A DNA stretch of 64,000 nt from Octopus sinensis (lineage: Eukaryota). Location: positions 22,816,001 through 22,880,000 of the forward strand of contig NC_043021.1 in assembly GCF_006345805.1 (NCBI RefSeq), read 5' to 3'. Below, piece by piece: positions 37,261-50,385 of this stretch; position 1 is the first letter of the stretch; each line of letters begins with the position of its first letter. A program made the position numbers and the translations under genes. A model generated the notes under the pieces. The model did no database searches and was not told where the DNA came from. It worked only from the letters and a program-made list of their open reading frames with translations.

Positions 37261-38674
37261 TTATTATGCCTCAATTTCAAACAAATATTAATTTCTAACA
37301 TAGATACGGGTGCAAAAATTATTCCTACAACATTATTTTTTAAAAATATTGCGTTGAAATATCAAGTCTGTATAATGCGTACACGTATTTTGCTTGAGAA
37401 ATCTGGTCATTGAAATCTAATTACCACAGTAAGTAGCAGAGTATGACTTAAGCTAAAATTGAAGCCTGTTAGCGGTGGGTTCACTAGGGAGGTATATCAC
37501 ATAATTTACATTGAAAACAAAGGATACTGTTTTAAATAAGGATAGACACATCGAACAGCGTGAGGTCTCATAAATAAAAAGAGGATGATCACAGTTGGCA
37601 GATATTAAAGAAGTTGTCTACAGCAACACAAATAACGACTGCAATACTGCGTAATATGTGAATAGATCAATAGAGGCAGAAAACTAGTAATGGCAGGAAA
37701 ATTGTAATACCATTCCTTGGTATTCGGGTTCAAAAGTGTCATGACGGGATAAGTGAAAAACAATGTAATTAAAGTGGGGGAAATTTTTTTCTATTGGTGG
37801 CTTTTGACCTATCCGGCCAAGGATCTGTTTCTCATCAGCTACAAGCCGCAGAAAGAAGTCAATGAAAGTATAAGATTCACAAGGAAAGATTCTAAATGTT
37901 TGATTTACTTAAAACAGACTCTGTATGTGGATGCAAATCAGTGAACTTATGCTGTTTTTGACCTCTACTCTCTCGTCTTGAATATTTCTGCCCTGATAAT
38001 TGTCTCGGTAATATTGGATCAGGCAGACAAGAGAATAGTGTAACCACAGAGAAAATATTCTTTAAAAAAAGCAGCATCACTAACAACCACGACATTAATA
38101 ACAGCAAGAAGAGTAATAAAATCCTCAGACAAAAATAAAACAATATCCGGTAACAAATCTATTCATACAAATAGTTCTCAGCGTCTCTCGTATATTGAAG
38201 CGTGTTCCATTGGGGAAATACAAACTTCGCTAACTTTTGTATTTACTGAAACAATATCTTGGTGAAAATTCAATATAATTATTCACGAAGCTTCCAGTCG
38301 TCAATGTTTATGGGTTTTCAATTTAATCCATTAAAACTTGAAATAAAAATATTCAAACAAATTGTTGCGACAAAAAATAATGCAAAAAAAAAATTAAAAT
38401 GTAAAATGTGATGTACTTCATGTCCATTTCTTATTTTTATGTTCATTGCAAGACAATTATTCCTATCCAAGCCTATGATATGTCCTATGTTTGAGCCACA
38501 GACGGTTTTCTTAATCATTTATTTTATATGGTTATACTTTCTTACGTAATAGGGGTCCCAGGTGATAAATTAATGGTTTTATTGAATTTTTATTATCAAG
38601 GGTGTATCTATTACTCACTGAAAAGTTATAACCCAATCGTTCTCCTTCAAAAATAAGTGTTTTCCCCCGTTTTC

Positions 38675-38888
38675 TACGAAGCGCTGAAAAGTTCTTGGCT
38701 TCAGTTTCAAAGAAACTACAAGAGGAGCAGTTAGGGTATTATTCAACATATGCACCTCTCAGATTCACACATTTATTGCAGCGGCCCTCAGTTTTCTAAG
38801 CCCTGTAAAAGAACTCAGAAGCCTGAACTTCCAACGTGGCCCTTTGCGATACCCTTAAAGCCTGGAACTTTTACGCAGCACCCCATAT
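38675..38888. mobile_element. Mariner-type MITE
   Basis: Left TACGAAGCGCTGAAAAGTTCTTGGCTT and right AAAGCCTGGAACTTTT..CAGCACCCC.TA are imperfect TIRs with TA flanks. Confidence 0.75.
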
Positions 38889-40489
38889 ATATTTCACCAA
38901 TATAATCTGAGGTAAATCATATATAAATGTAAACTTGTTTGTGTGTCCATCTATCTTTTAATGTAACACTTACCAAATCCTATTCTCCAACGGATTCTTT
39001 GATAGCGATCGCATCACTACTTAGAGGCACAACTCGATCGATCTTCTACACCCATCAATTATATACGCGTTGACTGTGAAGAACCTTTACTTGAGTTGTC
39101 TTACATCGTCCCATCGCGAACATAATAAAATTGTTTCTTCAATATCGACATATACTATACCAGTTTCCTTTCGGTGTCAACGATGCATATTTGATTTCCG
39201 TTTCATACAGGCCTATGTTTAAACTCCTCTATTCGTTGAATGTAGAAATTGCTGCTGTGCTCTATCTGTCAATATGCCAAATTCACCGAAGGGAATACCA
39301 AAAAATATCCTCTAGAAATGTTTACTGATATACTCACTTCTAGGAAAGAAGTTATTAGTTAACAGGAGCCATACTTTCAAGAATAATAATAAAATAGATC
39401 TGACCCTAACCCTCTAGCAATACGGAATCGAACCAGCGATTGTCTGCAAGTGACGTTTCCTGGCGCCTGTGCATATGTTATTTCAAGCAAGTGTTATTAA
39501 ATACGTAAGATTATGTTCCTCTCTTAATTTCAAAATTCTTCTTGCTGCTAAAAGAGTTTCAACTCTGCATAACGTGTTCCGTCACCTTTAGATAAACTGT
39601 GCGCCACAAAAGATATTAGAGAAACCGAATTCTCTGAAGAATAGCAAGAATCCTTGCCCTTTGTGACAGTTTGGCGCACACAGTACAATAAGAAAGTTAC
39701 ACCTGATTATAAAAGTAGAAGTTAAAAAAAAACTGAAATTAAAATAAGGAAAACTGAGAGTCAGATTCCATCAGTTATGCAGCTCCCAACAGCTCGTTTC
39801 GAGTCACGTTAGCAAATTCAATAATGATACGAAAAATCAATCATGTGGAGGTTCGAGTTACGCAGTACAAATACATATTGTCAATGGCAGCTAAACCATA
39901 ATTTGTTTAAATTATACACAAATCGTCTTCGTAGCTTTATATGCCTGCGAGCGAATCAGTGCAGAGGCCCCCAAAATATGTACTTATTGACAGTAAAACA
40001 ATACATATAAATCGGAATTTATCCCTTACACCAATTAGAACACCAATCACAACACCCAGTGTACTCATTCTTTCAGATGTCACTTCCTATTCAAATGGTA
40101 TTTAGTCCTGAAACAACAAATTTACTGCAAATTATTGATGTGTCATCCTTTTGCCATAAAGACATAATACAGTATCACCACTACTTCTTCAATATTTGAT
40201 AACGTAATCCCTTTCAGAAATGTGAAACCGAGGTTCTTAATGTGTTGAATCAGAATGATATTTCCATAGCTATGTCGAAAGGTATTTTCGGTAAAATCTA
40301 TAAATATTTAATACGTATAGACATATAAGTATATACATACGCTATTGCGCACACACATACACACACCCACACACACGCACACACACACACACGCATCCAC
40401 ATATATACATACATACGTACATTGGGAGAGTTTACGAAAAAACAAAAGATGAAGACAGGTGGTGTACAAAAACAAACAGATGTATTAGT

Positions 40490-41030
40490 ATAACGCTCAG
40501 GAATAAAAAAAGTCTTTACGTTTTGAGCCTACGCTCTTCTACAGAAAGGGACACAGAAAAATACCAGGAGAGAAAAAAATGTGTGTAGTGGGTAACGATC
40601 TATCATGGCGATACATGTGAGAAGATATAAGGTAAGTTAATTAAGAGTTTTAAAAAATCAGTTATTTTATCTTATGTTTCTATATTTTGGGGATATAACA
40701 CGTCCTTTAGGGCATTTAGAAGGGACAAGATTAGAAAAGATCGTTGTTTTGATGTGAGTGGGAGAAAAAAAGAGAAGGAAGGTGACATGCGCAGGCTGGT
40801 GTTCTGATACTGACAAGTTATGCTTCTTGTAGTTCTTCCCTGCTTTTTTTATGGCTGTTTTCCCTTTCTCGATAATTAGGGCCTCCATGATACTTAGATT
40901 ACCCCTGTTACGTAACGTGGCCCTGATGGATCACTTGAAATCTCAGGTGCCGCACTCCTTTGGGTGACTTTTGATTGAACTGTGCAATATTGTGTGATAT
41001 TAGAAAGGAAAATCCTACAGTGCTTCACCA
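40490..41030 (-). mobile_element. Penelope-like element 3' remnant: end of GIY-YIG domain plus downstream hammerhead-related motif
   Basis: Minus strand FQVIHQ...[15 protein letters not shown] (frameshifted) resembles the F.ILH....EAL.I...P..N.Q C-terminus of PLE endonucleases. Motif CTGTAGA-A-GAGC(gtag)GCTC-AAAAC-GTA at 40514-40548. Confidence 0.55.
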
Positions 41031-41043
41031 AATCTACTCCACA

Positions 41044-41101
<58 letters not shown>

Positions 41102-41113
41102 GGCAACGAAATC

Positions 41114-41167
41114 ATCACAAATGTCTGATGAACAGAAACGTGAAACTCTGAGTAACAAGTTTGTGAT
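41114..41167 (+). ncRNA. Type I hammerhead ribozyme
   Basis: ATCACAAA-TGT-CTGATGA-AC(agaaac)GT-GAA-ACT(ctg)AGT-A^ACA-AG-TTTGTGAT. Complete core, GUA triplet, stem I of 3 bp + AG bulge + 8 bp. Confidence 0.72.
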
Positions 41168-41227
41168 AACTTTGCAACTTTCATAAAAGCATATTTTTTC
41201 CAATTACTTTGCATGTATGTGCTTGCT

Positions 41228-41356
<129 letters not shown>

Positions 41357-42370
41357 ATATATATGTATATATATATGTGTGTGTGTGTATATATATGTGT
41401 GTGTGTGTGTATATATATATATAATATATATATATATATATTATATATATATATATGATCACAATTGTTATGTCATTAATTTTGTAGTTATCGCTCACTC
41501 TCAATTTAACTCGTCACTGAATTCCTTGTGGACAGTGAACACGATGGTAATTGATTAGGTGAACAGTAGTTAAAGCCTACGAAGTAAATGCTCTATTCTG
41601 GGTAAAACGAATGAAGTTCAAATACATCGAAGGCATAATTAACCTGCATGATAATACAACTGGTCTTATCAATGATCCACTATACGCTTAGGGCAGGAAT
41701 AAATAATTGTATTCATGTTCTAAAACAAGGAGGTATCCATCGATATATGATTGCGCAAATGATATTATATCGTAATGATATCTATATGGTCAGTGCTTTG
41801 AGCAGCGTTATTCAACTCATCTCCGTGACATTATGATCGTAGATGCGATTATTGACCGAAAAGGACAACATCCGTAATGCTAATTCTCATGTGATATATG
41901 TCATTTCGAAAACAGTTTCCCTCATAACCGATAAAAAATTGACTCTCTGTTTAAAGGATTGCAAAAACTAGAGCAAACACTAGTTTTAAATAAATGTTAA
42001 TAAATGTTTCTGCGTTTGTGTGTCCTATTTCGTGTATGTGATTGTGTGTCTGTATCAAAGTATGCAATATGTATGGTGTAAGAAATTTAGAAATCGCTAA
42101 GACGATGTAAAAAAAACCCAAGAGAACAGTGCGTGTGATCTGTGAAAAAGAAACGAAAATTACATAAGCACTTAGAATACACCTGCACACTCACACTCAT
42201 AAACTCTCATATATAGAAGCAAGCGTGCACATACGCACAGGCCATCAATGATATATATATACAGAGAGAGAAAGAGAGAGAAGGAGGTTTGGAGACATGG
42301 AGTTTTTGTGAGAAAGTGAGATAGATAGACTAGATTGATAACTAGATGGCTGGATAGATACACGCAGAGG

Positions 42371-42457
<87 letters not shown>

Positions 42458-43072
42458 ATATAGATTATATAGATTATAGATAGATAGATAGATAGATAGA
42501 TATCAGAGTGAGAGAGAGACAGAGAGACGCATTTGAGCAAGGATATGTGTAAGTATGTATGTAAACATATATGAATCCTCGTGTATAAATACATAGATAA
42601 ATACAGTCTGTACGTGAGATCGGTAGAAAGAGAGGGGGAGAGAAGGGAGAGGGAGCGAGAGAGACTTTAATATTTATGTGTTTTTCAGTTGGTTTTGCTT
42701 GCCATTCAATATTAGCGAAAGAGCATACTCTAGCTACGATTCATGATTTTGCATCAAGCTCTCAAGATTGGTTGCAGAGTGGTGCTCCTATGAATCACGA
42801 CTCGCTATTTTTTGTGACATGAAATCGTTAATATTCACGCGTGGCTGATCAACTGTATTTCCTATGACAGATCTTGCATATGAACATTACTCAAGCGACG
42901 CTAACTGTTGAATGTGAGTTAGAGCTTTTTGAAGAGCTTACATGTTGGTGTCATATATAAAAGAAATCTGTAATGGGCCACTTGTATAAATGTGCTTCGG
43001 ATTGCCCAATATGTCAGACAGATATCCATAAAACATATGCATATGTGATATGTGTTGGTGTAGGTATCTATG

Positions 43073-43104
<32 letters not shown>

Positions 43105-43107
43105 ATA

Positions 43108-43204
<97 letters not shown>

Positions 43205-43210
43205 CGTATA

Positions 43211-43279
<69 letters not shown>

Positions 43280-43619
43280 TATGTATGTATATATGTATAA
43301 TGTACCTATACCTTCGTCTGCCTGCGTTTTATGTGTTTTTCTGTCGAAAAAGTGATTTTCTAACCGATATTTATATGCTATTATTTATAGACATATGCGG
43401 GCTTAGAGATCCATGCGGGCTTAGAGATCCACCCGCACATACATATATGTTAGAGGGTACATATATTATTATACGTGTGGGGGGGGATGTGTATGCGTGA
43501 CCATAGGTGTATCCATGCTTATGCATATATCTGCATGCGAATACAATTGCTTATTGTTAAGAAATACACATCTCTATAATGGTACCTTAGCTCATATTGT
43601 TTTATACACAGACACATGC

Positions 43620-43679
<60 letters not shown>

Positions 43680-43825
43680 TATTATATATATATACATATA
43701 TATATTATATATATATATATGAAAATAATAATGCAATACAAATGTTTGGTGCCTTGTTGTACCATTTATTTACTTGTATATATATATAATATATATAATA
43801 TATAATATATATATATATATATATT

Positions 43826-43930
43826 GCCAGATCTGACTGGCCTGGTGCAGCCTTCGGGCTTGCCAGACCCCAGTTGGACCGTCCAACCCATGCTAGCATG
43901 GAAAGCGGACGTTAAACGATGATGATGATA
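43826..43930 (+). mobile_element. 3' end of an RTE-like LINE or LINE-tailed SINE with (GAT)n tail
   Basis: CCGTCCAACCCATGCTAGCATGGAAAGCGGACGTTAAACGATGATGATGA. Clade assignment is from resemblance only. Confidence 0.6.
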
Positions 43931-43933
43931 ATG

Positions 43934-43986
<53 letters not shown>

Positions 43987-44184
43987 AAGACAGAGGGTTA
44001 AACCCCTTACATGCCAGAAATAGCAGTCAAACACTCATATAGCCATTATAATCACTTATATATTCGTGAATAGTGTTGAAGTGTCTAGAATATATCCTGC
44101 GTAATGTATTTTTTACATTCATTCCCCTTTTTGATATATAAGAACATTACTTGGATGGAATTTAGATATACATGCAAACATGCA

Positions 44185-44220
<36 letters not shown>

Positions 44221-44261
44221 TATATATATCTATATATATATAGATATATATATATATATAT

Positions 44262-44345
<84 letters not shown>

Positions 44346-45812
44346 AAAATGAGGGTGAAAAATTGGATATTAATTTGATTACCATCAATTTATAACCAGT
44401 GGTCTAGCATATTAAATTCTGAACGTTCAGAAAATTGTATTACATACATATGAGTGTGATGGCCACTATGTGGACATCCTTATGCTAGAAGTTGATCTGC
44501 TATGGTCTTACCACTAAGGAATGTCCTGAAGAAAATTTAGCAAACACCAGAAACGTAAGCGAGCAAGACACATGAAAAGTAACAAAGATATAAATTAACG
44601 ATTAACATAATTCAATATTAACAGTTATGTAGTTTTACTTTCGCGATTTGTCCGTAGATCTTCGCAGGAGTCTATCAATTTTAAGAGTTTTTAGATCGAG
44701 TACATAAACACCCATTCTTGATCGGTCTTTCTGTTCTGGCGAGGATGGAACTCACAATGTGTAGACTCGGCATTGATAACTCAAAATGTATTATTTCCCA
44801 CGACGCTTTGTCTATCCTGTCGATTATTTTTATTAACAATATTACTACCGTCTAACAAACTGTCATAATGGTAATGTTATTAGCTTCTTTCAAACGGTAT
44901 TTATTTTATTTTAAGCTTAAAAGAAAAACGTTCAACCAAAAAGTGTGAATAATGTATTTCTAGAGGAATTAAAGATGCCAGTACTTTTAGAATGACAATA
45001 TTTTAGATATTGAAAATGGGTGAGAACTATATATTTCGTGACGAAATGGAATGTCTATGTTTTGGGAAACTTAAATTGAATTAAACATATCTTGATCATT
45101 GTTTTGCTTAACTGCTATTGTTCATGTTTGAATGTTGTTAAATATACAAAAGGAAACTTCTCCAAATAATTATTGAAATAATGATTGTGGTAAAAGGAAT
45201 CGATATTCTGTGAAATACCTAATTGTACAGCATGAAAGCGAGAACATAATAAACGAAAAGCAATATTTTATACAATATCTTGTAAGAGGGCCTAAGGCCA
45301 AATGAACCCGTCGAAATAGTGAAAGCGATAAAAATAAATATACACACAGAACTAATGAATCATAATTTACGAATTCAACAATATCAGAAGAGCACGTAAT
45401 CACCTTCATTTGATCTTAACATTATACATTTCCTCTCAAACCAAAACACATCTCGTTTGTTTATTATTATTATTAGTTGCTGACTCTGAAGGAATTCGCG
45501 TTACCCCTTGCAGTGATTACCGTTCTTTTAATATAGCAGAGGAAAAGACGCGAACTGGGAGAAAAATAGGTTTTACATTGGGCATTTAGTTAGAAACGTG
45601 AATAGCGGTCTAGGACGCAACGGTTCAGTCGGGGAGTGGATGCCTAGTGGAAGAGGTATGAAGCCAGCAGAATCTAAGGGGAGATTGCCATTCATTGTAG
45701 TAATTTAAAACAGAGAAAACCGCGGTAGATTAAACCACTTTCTTGTGGGTTAAATGATAGTACATTTCTGATAGTGTTTTAATGTTAAGCAGTCGAGCGA
45801 GGGTCGCGTTGC

Positions 45813-45840
<28 letters not shown>

Positions 45841-45844
<4 letters not shown>

Positions 45845-48800
45845 TTAGATAAAACTTAGATATGTTTCGACCAAAGATTGGTCCAGGCCATGTCTAACTT
45901 AATAGCACCACCTGATAGGATTATTTGAATCATGTTTAAGTCAAGTTTTGTTTATGGTCCATTTATGTAGTGAGTTTTTGTTGGGTGGCTTATCTGGTAT
46001 TCCTTGAAGGAATCTATCCAGACTCCGTTTAAAGATGATGGGATCCTTTTCCTCTTCGATCTCTTTCGGGACAATGTTAAATAGGGCAGGTCTGTTGAGG
46101 AAAAGAAATTATATTGCAGTGTACATGTATGCTGTGATCTTGAATTGGGCAGGGGACGTATGGCCCGTGGTCCCCGTCTTGGATGAAGCTTGAAGCTAAT
46201 GTTCAGGTCGTTTGGGCAAAGTTGCGGTATATTCTCCACATCGTACAAATGATATACCGCTCACTGCGACGCTGGAGAGAGTAGAGTTTCAAGGCTTTAA
46301 GACTATCCCAATAACCGAGAGCAGCCATGCCTTCAATTTGTTTAGTGAGTGCCCTCTGTGGTGATTCAATCCTTGAGACGTTTTGTCTTGTATGGGGAGA
46401 CAACACTCGGCAGCAGTATTCGAGGTGTGGCCGTACAAAGGAGGTGAAAAGTGGTATGATGACACCTTGTTCTCTGGACCGGAGTGTTCTTAAGATCCAG
46501 GAACTCATCCTACGAGCTATATCGACCTTCTTGTTGATGTGTGCACTCCAACTGAGATCGTCATCAACAATTACACCCAGGTCTCTGATATTGTTAGAGG
46601 CTGTGAGCGGTTCCCCTGAAGGAAGAGAGTATGGCTGTTTTAGTGAGGAATTTCTTCCAAAATGCATCAGCTCAAATTTTCCCTTCGTTCAGTTGCATTT
46701 TGTTTCTGTCTGCCCATTGACTCATAGCATATAGATCAGATTGGAGTTGAGTTCGGTCTGCTTCCTCATTGACGATTTGCTGGAGCTTAGTGTCATCAGC
46801 AAATATTTTCACTTTGCAGTAATGTACGACACTGGAAAGGTCGTTTATGTAAATTATGAAGAGTAGCGGACCCAAGACAGTCCCCTGGGGGACACCGCTG
46901 GTGACTTTTGCTGGGCTTGAGTGGACTCCATCAACTACAACATGTTGTGTTCTATTCACCAGGAAATACTTAATCCAGTGTAGAACTTTTCCACAGATTC
47001 CAACAGTTGCCAATTTTGAGAGTAGGATATTATGGTCTACCCTGTCGAACGCTTTACTGATGTCAAGATATATGACATCAGAGTTCGAACCTGTTCCCAA
47101 GGCTTTGAGTACATCTTCAATGTGGTGTAAGAGCTGTGTTAGACAGTCCCTGCCACAGCGAAAGCCATGCTGATTTGCATTTAGGAGTTTGTGAGTCTCC
47201 AGGAAGTCAGCTATCCTTGATCTTAACACTCTTTCAAACACTTTAATGATGTGGGAGGTGAGTGAGATTGGGCGATAGTTGAGTGCGAGGGATCTATTTC
47301 CCTGTTTGAAAACCGGGATGACTGACTGGGTTAGAAACTGTTTCGGTATATAAACTGCGTCTAACGAATTTCTCCAGAGGTTGGCCAGAGGGACTGCAAG
47401 TTGGTGTCTACATTCCTTCAGGTGACTAGCTGGGAATCTATCAGGGCCTACAGCAGAGTAGTATTTGACCTCATTTATTGCTGCTACGATGTCAGTGGCA
47501 GTGGAGGTTATGTCTGAGATTTTATGTTGGGAGTCAACTTCGTTCGTTTCCCTTACGTCAATATCAGTGGGAACACTAAAGATAGAGCAGTTATGTTTCT
47601 GCAGTATTTCTGCCATTTCTTTAACATCGTGTTGAGGAATGACGTTATCATCGATCAATGGCCCAATGGGTGAGACAGTGGTTCTATGCTTCTTTGCATA
47701 AGAATAGAACACTTTTGGGTTCTGTTTGACGCTTTTGATTATCCACTGTTCCTCCACAGCTCTTTGATTTTCAATGGAGGTTTTCATGTCGGTCTGCAGA
47801 TGAAGTTTTTCTAGCTCTATCCTTTTCATTGTTGTTGAATGTGGATGTTGTATGTGGGAATATTTTAATTGGTAGAGTTTTTTGTTGAGTCTTTTGATGC
47901 GCCTGATGAGTGTTTATTTCTTTTTAGGGTGCCGGTTTCTGTTTGTGTTAGTAGATTTCGTGGGAGCGTGTTTAAAGCATGTATAGGTGACAATGTTTTC
48001 AAAGTGCTGCCATGCGGTTTCAATATACGTGGAATTGAGAGTAAAAGACCAGTCGATGAAAGACAGATCCTTTCTGGTTGCTCCCCAGTCCGCTTTGTGG
48101 AAGTTTATGTTGTCAAACGAGTGCCGTGGAGTGGGATTGGCTGGTTTGGTTTTTACATGTCGGGAATTAAAATTGCAGAGTACCACGTCGTGGTCTTAGA
48201 GGTGAGTTTTTTCAACTGAAATATTGTGAACGAAGCTAGAGCGATTGGCCAATACCAGATCCAAGATCGTTTTATTCTGTCTCGTTGGTTCGAGCACTAG
48301 CTGAGTAAGGAAGTATTCATCAATTAGATTAAAGAACATTTCTGCTGCTGCTCTATCTGATGTAGAGCATTTGCCTAACTTCAGAGTAATTTGTGGGCCA
48401 GTTCACATGAGGGAGGTTAAAATCACCCATCACTAGTATGTTTCCGGAGTTGTACTTCCGAAGCAAGGACTTGACTTTACTAAGGCACTCTTCAAAGTAC
48501 TTTAGAGGTGCCTGGGAAGTCCTGTAAAGACCAACAATGGTTATGTCCTTGGTCTTGCTGAATAGTGATACAGATTCACAATAGCCATTGGAAAATATGT
48601 CCTTGGCATCAAGTGAAAAGGAGTCATGGATAAAGATAGCTGTCCCTCCCTTATTTCGGTATGTGTGATCCGCACGAACAATGGTGAAATCTATTATTTT
48701 CACCTCTGCGTCCATATGGGTGTTGTTCAGGTGAGTCTCGGATAGGATAAAGAAAGGGAAGCAATGTGCCGTTTCGGCAAGCCAACTCTCTATATATGGG

Positions 48801-48904
48801 ATCTTCCATTTTTGGGCAATAATTGATGGGTTGATGCCACGTACATTTAACAGGAATGTCGAGGTAAGGGAAGTTTGATGTTTGCATTGTTCTAAGTTAT
48901 GTTT

Positions 48905-48905
<1 letters not shown>
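45841..48905 (-). mobile_element. 5'-truncated, decayed LINE related to the 5912-10558 element (ORF2 only)
   Basis: Minus-strand APE (FLLNVRG, LSETH, MGDFN) and RT (YRPISLTS, YLDISKAFDRV, GVPQG, FADD) with several frameshifts. Shared 3'UTR, (TATCTAAGTTT)n-like tail, and (TA)n on both sides. Confidence 0.93.
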
Positions 48906-48948
<43 letters not shown>

Positions 48949-49919
48949 CACACACACACACATATATATATATATAATATATTTATATATATATATACAA
49001 ACATATATATTTATATATACATATATATATATATTCACATATATATATATACATACATACACACACATACATATATACATATACATCTATATATATACGT
49101 GCGTGTGTTTGAGCTTGTGTAATGTCGCACTCACATAACTTGTGTGTGGACTTAAACTTATTTCTATGCCAAGAGATAGAGAGATAGCTACCTATATACA
49201 TGGACAATATTAGTGAATGTATGTATGTGTGTGTGTGTGTAAGGAGGGGAAGGCAAACGAACTGATTCTTAGCTACATCGATATAAAATGACATATATAT
49301 ATATATATATATATATTATTAATCCTAAATTCTATTTTCATTAAGGTGATAGACAAACACAGCATGAAATGAATGGACAACAACAATTACAGTAGGTCGG
49401 ACAACAATAACTGCTAGTATGTCATGCTGTAATGTTCGAAGTAAAAGTTGAGTTTAAGTCACAAGTTTAGTACATACATTCTGACCACCGAACAAAATCA
49501 ATCTTGCGTGGTTGTAACTGATATATAGTAGCCAATCTGTCACAGTTAGCCATGGCAAAATGGTTTTCGAACAGCTCGAGATATCGAGAAGCCTACGATG
49601 TCAGGATATTCACGTGACATAGCACTAACAATCACGACAGCACCACATCTATTTGTTACAGTTTTCTCCAGTAGACTGGAAAGTGCGTTCGTTATTTATT
49701 TACAAAACACCATTAGAGAATTAAACTTTCTTTCTCCATGCAGAGTGGCAGAGGGTAGGTAGCCGAGGGGACATACAGAGATGCACGCTTGCGAATTTTG
49801 ACAAATAATGCACGCGCATACTGTCAAACATACACAAATATACCTGCATGTATATTTGCATACACACCACACACACATATAAACACACATGCACACATAC
49901 ATCCCCCCACACGCATATA

Positions 49920-49961
<42 letters not shown>

Positions 49962-49964
49962 TAT

Positions 49965-50385
49965 ACTTTACTCTTTTACTTGTTTCAGTCATTTGACTGT
50001 GGCGATGCTGGAGCACCGCCTTTAGTCGAGTAAATCGATCCCAGGACTTATTCTTTGGAAGCCTAGTACTTATTATATCGGTATCTTTTGCCGAACCGCT
50101 AAGTTACGGGCACGTAAACACACCAGCATCGGTTTTCAAGCGATGTTGTGAGGTGGGGGCAAACACAGACACATAAACTTATACACACACACACACCACA
50201 TACATACTTATACATATATACGATGGGCTTCTTTCAGTTTCTGTCTACGAAATCCACTCACAAGGCTTTGGTCAGCCCGAGTCTATAGTAAAAGGCACTT
50301 GCCCAAGGTGTCACGCAGTGGGACTGAACCGGAACCATGTGGTTCGTAATGAAGCTACTTACCACACAGCCACTCCTACCTACAG
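49965..50385 (-). mobile_element. Full SINE family B copy
   Basis: Reverse complement of head GGAGTGGCTGTGTGGTAAGTAGC through tail GACTGAAACAAGTAAAAGAGTA. Confidence 0.88.

Noticed and set aside
39405-39450. tRNA-like fragment (minus-strand GGTTCGATTCC)
   Set aside because: Only a T-arm-like piece; no D arm or acceptor stem.
44520-44565. CTGAAGA...GAAACGTA
   Set aside because: No stem II or stem I complementarity.
49535-49620. CCAAT box plus TCACGTGAC E-box as a promoter
   Set aside because: Short motifs with no associated exon or transcript evidence.
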